Part shown: positions 59,451 through 64,000 of the stretch, in pieces | Layout of the letters: each line of letters opens with the position of its first letter | Position numbering within the stretch: the first letter of the stretch is position 1 | Source of the DNA: Dudresnaya verticillata | Taxonomy: Eukaryota | Assembly: GCA_977862235.1 (NCBI GenBank) | Contig: OZ374557.1 | Location: 2,604,001-2,668,000, forward strand | Direction: 5' to 3' | Length of the DNA: 64,000 nt | Made by a program: the position numbers and the translations under genes | The notes under the pieces: generated by a model | What the model was told of the DNA's origin: nothing | Database searches by the model: none | What the model saw: the letters and a program-made list of their open reading frames with translations, nothing else

Positions 59451-62250
59451 ATGGAGTCACGCGAACCGATCGCGGACGGCGCCCCCGCCGAGGGGGCGCC
59501 GGTTACCAAGCCCACCTCCTCGACGGAGTCAGTGGTAGGGGGTGGGCCTGCCGAGCCGGTGCCAAAGGCGCCGGCGGGCGGGGAGGCGCGGCCTTCGACG
59601 GCCGCGCCAACCGCAGAGCGACCTTCGACGGTCGCTACAGAAGAGGCGCAACCTTCGACGGTTGCGCCAGAAGAAGCGCCCCCATCGACGGGTGCGCTGG
59701 GCAAGGCCGGGCCTGCTCCGGTGCCGCCTTCTTCCGCCGGGGCGGGTGGCGTCGAGACCAACCCCACCCCAACGCCCGCCGCTGACGTCTGGTCAGAGGC
59801 GGTGGACCTTGCTGCGGCGCAGGGCAAGAGAGTGAAGGACCCGAGTGGGGCGGCCTCTGCCGCCCCGCGCCCAGTAGCGGCGGCTCGGGTCTTTCAGCCG
59901 ACTGGCCCGCCTCGCGCAGGGCCTACGGCTCACAGCAATCAAACCGCGTCGACGCGAGGAGGGGCACCCGCAGAGCAGCCTTCGCGCTCCGCGGTGCCGA
60001 TGGTGGCGAGGGTGCTCGACCTGAGTCGGTCGAGGTCGCCCACACCATCCGGGTCGGGGAGAGTCCCCGCAGCGGCGGCACCCTTCGTGCCGCGCGATTC
60101 TGCTGGCATGGGGCCGTCGATGGCCCCGACACCGTCTCCCGTGGCCTCTGCCAACGCAGAGGGGAAGGGCGCGGGCGTGGGTGAGTCCACCGCTGCGCCC
60201 GTCGTGCCTCTTGTTGGGGTGTCGGTCTCAGTCGGACCGCCCCTCATGGGCCAGGCGCCCCCTGGACCGCACGCGCCCCCGACCGAGACGGTCTTCGCGT
60301 GGGGGGCGCCGCGCCACCAGATCCCGCTGGATCAGTGGCGCGGGCTGCAGGAGCCTCGGGCAGATGTCCGGCGGCTCCTGAGGGTGGCCCACGCAAGCGT
60401 GGACGGAGGGGCGGCAGCCTATGCCGTTTTCCTCCCGGCGGACGCCATAGTCTGGCTCACGCCGTTGGGGTTACCCTGCGACGTTTCTTACGTCGCCTCC
60501 CTTGAGGAGCTTCGGCGGGTGGACAGGGCAGCTAATGCCCTCTTCCTGACACCCGCCCATGAGTGGGCCCCGCCCCTGCCTGCCACCATCCCAGAGATGC
60601 GCACGGTGCCCGTCGACGAGCCCGTGGATCTCGCGCACCGTCTGCCCGATGCCGACTCTGCGCGCCGTCTCTTTGGGGTGTGCTTCGGGGAGCGGGACTG
60701 GAATGTGTGCAAGGCCCCGGGCGAAGGACGCCCGTCAAAGGGGTGCAAGTTGCACCCGGCGCTCGACGCGGCCTGGTTCCCATCGGCGGAGTGGTACTCC
60801 CACCATGATACGCCATCGGGATTCACTATCCCGTGGATAACCGTAGACCGGTATTTCCACTACGCGACAGTCGGTCGCGTAGCTGCTCGTCGTGAGCTCC
60901 TTGCTAGGCGCTCAGATGAGTACGCCTTCGAGGTGGGCCGCCGCTACTGCAGCGAGCTCCTCGCGAAGGGGACAGGCTGGGTCTTCGACGACCGCCTGAT
61001 CAATTTCCTCGCGACCGGCTGGTCAAGCGAGAGGCCGTGTTTCCGGACTTGCTCCGTCCTTCGGATGGCAAGTCGTTTGGGTTCGGCGAGCTGCTCGGCG
61101 TAGTCCGCCGAGTGGCAGCGGCAACCGAGAAGCACACGCGGAGGCGTCACTTCTCTTCACGCGTCGAAGCGTTCGTGTGTGGCTTCTTGCTAGAGACAGG
61201 GCCCTCTATAAGATCCAGCGCAATCGGGGCATGCGCGACCGACGGGAGCGCGTCGAGCGCTCCGGGTTCGCCTCGATGGCCGACATGGCCCGCGCTGAGC
61301 GCGCCGGACGTCGCCGTCGTGGCGTGGGTGCTAACCCTGGGTCAGACGCGGCCGTCATGGCGGCGGAGACCGAGTCGTACATCCCGCCGTCCCCAAGGGC
61401 ATCCGCGCATCGTGCGCCCGCCGCCCCTGCGGCAGTTGGAGGACCGTCTGCCGCGGAGCCGTCGACGGCCCGCGCCCCTCCGGCCGCTGCCGTTGATGTG
61501 TAACAGCCCCCGCCGGCCCCGTCTGGGCCGCCGGTGGTGGCCTATGTCCCACCCCCTCCAGTGGTCGACCCACTGGACGAGGCAGTGAGTGCGGCAGTCT
61601 GGGCCGATCCGACTGTACGCAGCGCGGCCTCCTTGGCGCGCGTCGGGCAAGGCGTATCGACACGCACGCTCCTGCAGGCCCTGGAATCGAGCGCAGTGGT
61701 GCTGCAGGAGGACGTCAACGCCTCCAATGCCGTCGCGGTTTGATACCGCGACGAGCGGGACGGCTTCGCCCGCGAGGTGCAGAGGCTCCGCGGGGAAGTC
61801 CAGCGCATGTCTTATGCGCCGGCGCGCAAAAGGCTGCGCGAGGAGTACCAGCCGCCCCCGACGGGGTATGCGTCGATGCAGCCGATGCAGTCGTACGCTC
61901 CGGGCCCGTCTGGCCCGGTTGCCCCTTGGCCAGGCGCCGGGCAACTGATGTACCCAGGCGCTCAGGACGACGCAGACGCGCCGCCCAGTGCTGCAGGCGT
62001 CGTGCCACAGCAAGCGGTTCTTCCGCAAGTGAGGGTCCCGTCGATGGACCCCTACCGCCCTGCGGCTCCCATAGGTGGAGGCGCAGTGGCGTACGGAGGC
62101 TCGGCGCCTCCGCTTCACGCCGGGGGTCTGCCACCAGCGCCAGCGGCAACCACAACTGTGGTTGAGGGCAACATGCCCGCGGCGCCGGGGGCAGCGGGCT
62201 CTGCGCCCGCTTTTCCCGGCGTGGGTCCTGGCGGCGAGGCCGCCCAATAG
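59451..62250 (+). pseudogene. aORF3: antisense accessory ORF of E7, ~930 aa reconstructed, unknown function
   Basis: 550-aa ORF 59451-61103 continues via frameshifts (~61037, ~61177) and two stops (61501, 61741) to 62250. Pro/Ala-rich N-terminus, aromatic-rich core, coiled coil, Pro/Gln/Tyr tail. Confidence 0.82.
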
Positions 62251-63689
62251 TTATGCCGTAGTGGTTTATGCTGTAGAAGCATCCTAGTTCGAGGCGGTCG
62301 ATCGCCTCGCTAGTTTTAAGACCACCTCTGCGTGTCTGGTTCATAAAAGGGCAAGGGGTGGGCGAAGACTTCGGTCCGCGTCGACGCGTTTTCAACAGCT
62401 GCGCCTTCGACCGCGCGGCTGCGTGCGAGCTATGCTCGCTGTAGCAGGTGGTGGGGCTTCGACGCCCCACCTCCTCATGGGTGCCATTGTGCCTGAACCA
62501 CGTCGAAGCGGGTGGCGGTCCGCAGTGCTGGCGTCGACGCCACACAGGGGGCTGCCAGCGCGCGCAATGCCGCGTCGATGCGAAGCGTCGGCGCGGAGCG
62601 GGAGCCCCTAGTGGTGGTGTTGCGGCTCCGCGCGCCGGAGGGGACCGCGTCGACGTGGTCCGATCCCCGGGAGTAGCCAAGAGCGTGGCGGCGGTTTGCG
62701 CAGCCAACCCCTGGCCAGGGGCGTCGACGCCCCTGGATGAGTGGGCAGAGGCCCGGGGGTGTCGAACCCCATTGGGCGTGCCCAATTATTTGTGTTTTGG
62801 CTACAGTAGACACTGTAGCCTGAACACAAATCTGCGCCTCTGCGCTTGTGGGGCGCACGCGTCCCAAATGTGGGTAGGCGCGCGCCTGTATTTGGCAGGG
62901 GCCGGTCGTCTGCCGTGGTGCCCTCGGCCTTCCCATCGTCGAGGTGGTGGTGCCGCTCACGCGTCGAAGCGCAGCGGTTCAACTCGAAGGACGCCGGCCT
63001 TCTTGGCTCTGGGGCCCCACATCGACGTGGGGGCTGTGCGCGTTGGCACCCCGCCCGGCTAGGCGCCAGGGCGGTGGGTGTTGGCCGAAGATTACGCGCG
63101 GCTGCGGCGCGGCGTTGGTGAAGGGGGCGTCGACGCCTGCCCTTCGCCAATCTGCGTGCCGCTGCCACTTGACGTCGACGTCGGTGGCGCTTCGGCTGGG
63201 ATGGCTCAGTGGCTTCTCCAGCCGGGTCGCATCGAGTTTCAACGCTCGTTTTTGCCCGGGCTGCCGCGTGGCGGTGGAGAAGGGGGCGTCGACGCCTGCC
63301 CTTCTTCGCCACCTGTGCGCGGCTTCGCGGCGGCGTTGTTCAGACAACCCCTGACGGTGCGGGTTGTCTGACCGCGTAGCGGGACTTCGCTACTGCCGGG
63401 CGTCGAGCCGGTAGTGGCGAGGGGCGTCGTGCCCAGCGTCCCTGCGATGCGTAGTTCGCAGGGCACCCCTGCTCCTTGGCCTCTGCCATTGGCGCGGGGT
63501 GCTTTCGGCTTGGGCCGCCGGCGTAGGCAGCCGCAATGCATGCCCTTGCCGTGGGGCTTAGGCTCCACGTGTTCCCGTTGCTGGAAAAGGAAAAGGATGC
63601 CTGGATGAGGGTAATAACAGGAAAAGAATGCCTGAGGCAAAGAATGCCTGGGGCCCCCTCCTTAAGCACGAGGCGCCCCCGCCTATGGG

Positions 63690-64000
63690 GCGAGTGGAGG
63701 GGATGGGGCGTCGAGCCCAGAGCCCTTCCGATGCTTCTGCGCGCGGAAGTATTGGCTCACCATCTCCTCCGGCAAATGGGATCAGGTTCCCAAGTCGGCT
63801 TAGAGTAGCCGGTCCACTTGACCTGGAAGAGCAGCGTGCCGTCTTCGGCCGTACCATGGTCAAGTACCTTGTCCACCACGAACCGCGGGCCGTCGACGGC
63901 CTTGGACGCGAGATCTTCGGCGGTGGGCAAGTACGCGCTTCAACGTGCGATGTCTTCCCGCAGAGGCGGGGGACAGAAGATGGCTCGGTCCGCTGCGATG
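63690..64000 (-). pseudogene. pol: E7 pol C-terminus (integrase tail and chromodomain)
   Basis: Hand translation matches the E5 ORF 45350-45925; contains a stop and a frameshift. Confidence 0.85.

Larger units (their letters stand above)
58282..64000 (-). mobile_element. E7: 3' part of an E5-related Gypsy element (pol end, spacer, antisense ORF, PPT, 3' LTR)
   Basis: Minus strand ~63690-64000 reads IAADRA...LFQVKWTGYSKPTWEP, homologous to the E5 pol end; PPT complement CCCCCCCTC at 59120-59128; LTR 58282-59116. Confidence 0.92.

Noticed and set aside
58381..59538. 385-aa ORF and many other long ORFs in 46000-48400 and 61300-63900
   Set aside because: They span LTR or very GC-rich spacer DNA, are Arg/Ala/Pro-biased, and are best explained as stop-poor shadow frames.
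59451..62250. Extra ORFs as retroviral env genes
   Set aside because: They are antisense to pol and show no signal peptide or C-terminal transmembrane anchor.

Overview
Eukaryotic nuclear DNA, inferred to be from a red seaweed (intronless nuclear sigma70 gene, dense Gypsy landscape). Most of the window is nested, decayed Ty3/Gypsy LTR retrotransposons: seven elements E1-E7, five showing a chromodomain or chromo-like pol end. There are also several solo LTRs and one pogo-like DNA transposon. Only two intact host-like genes remain, in a convergent pair: a tandem AhpD-like protein (26781-28445 +) and an atypical plastid-type sigma factor (28742-29881 -). The main finding is that three different Gypsy families (E1, E3, E7) each carry a ~750-930 aa antisense ORF just upstream of the PPT/3' LTR, and E5 keeps a remnant of one. 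These ORFs share collinear motifs and match no family I recognise. They come with a second PPT-like tract right after pol, family-specific palindromic motif arrays and a conserved hairpin, which suggests a captured accessory module, possibly anti-silencing. All alignments and counts were done by eye.
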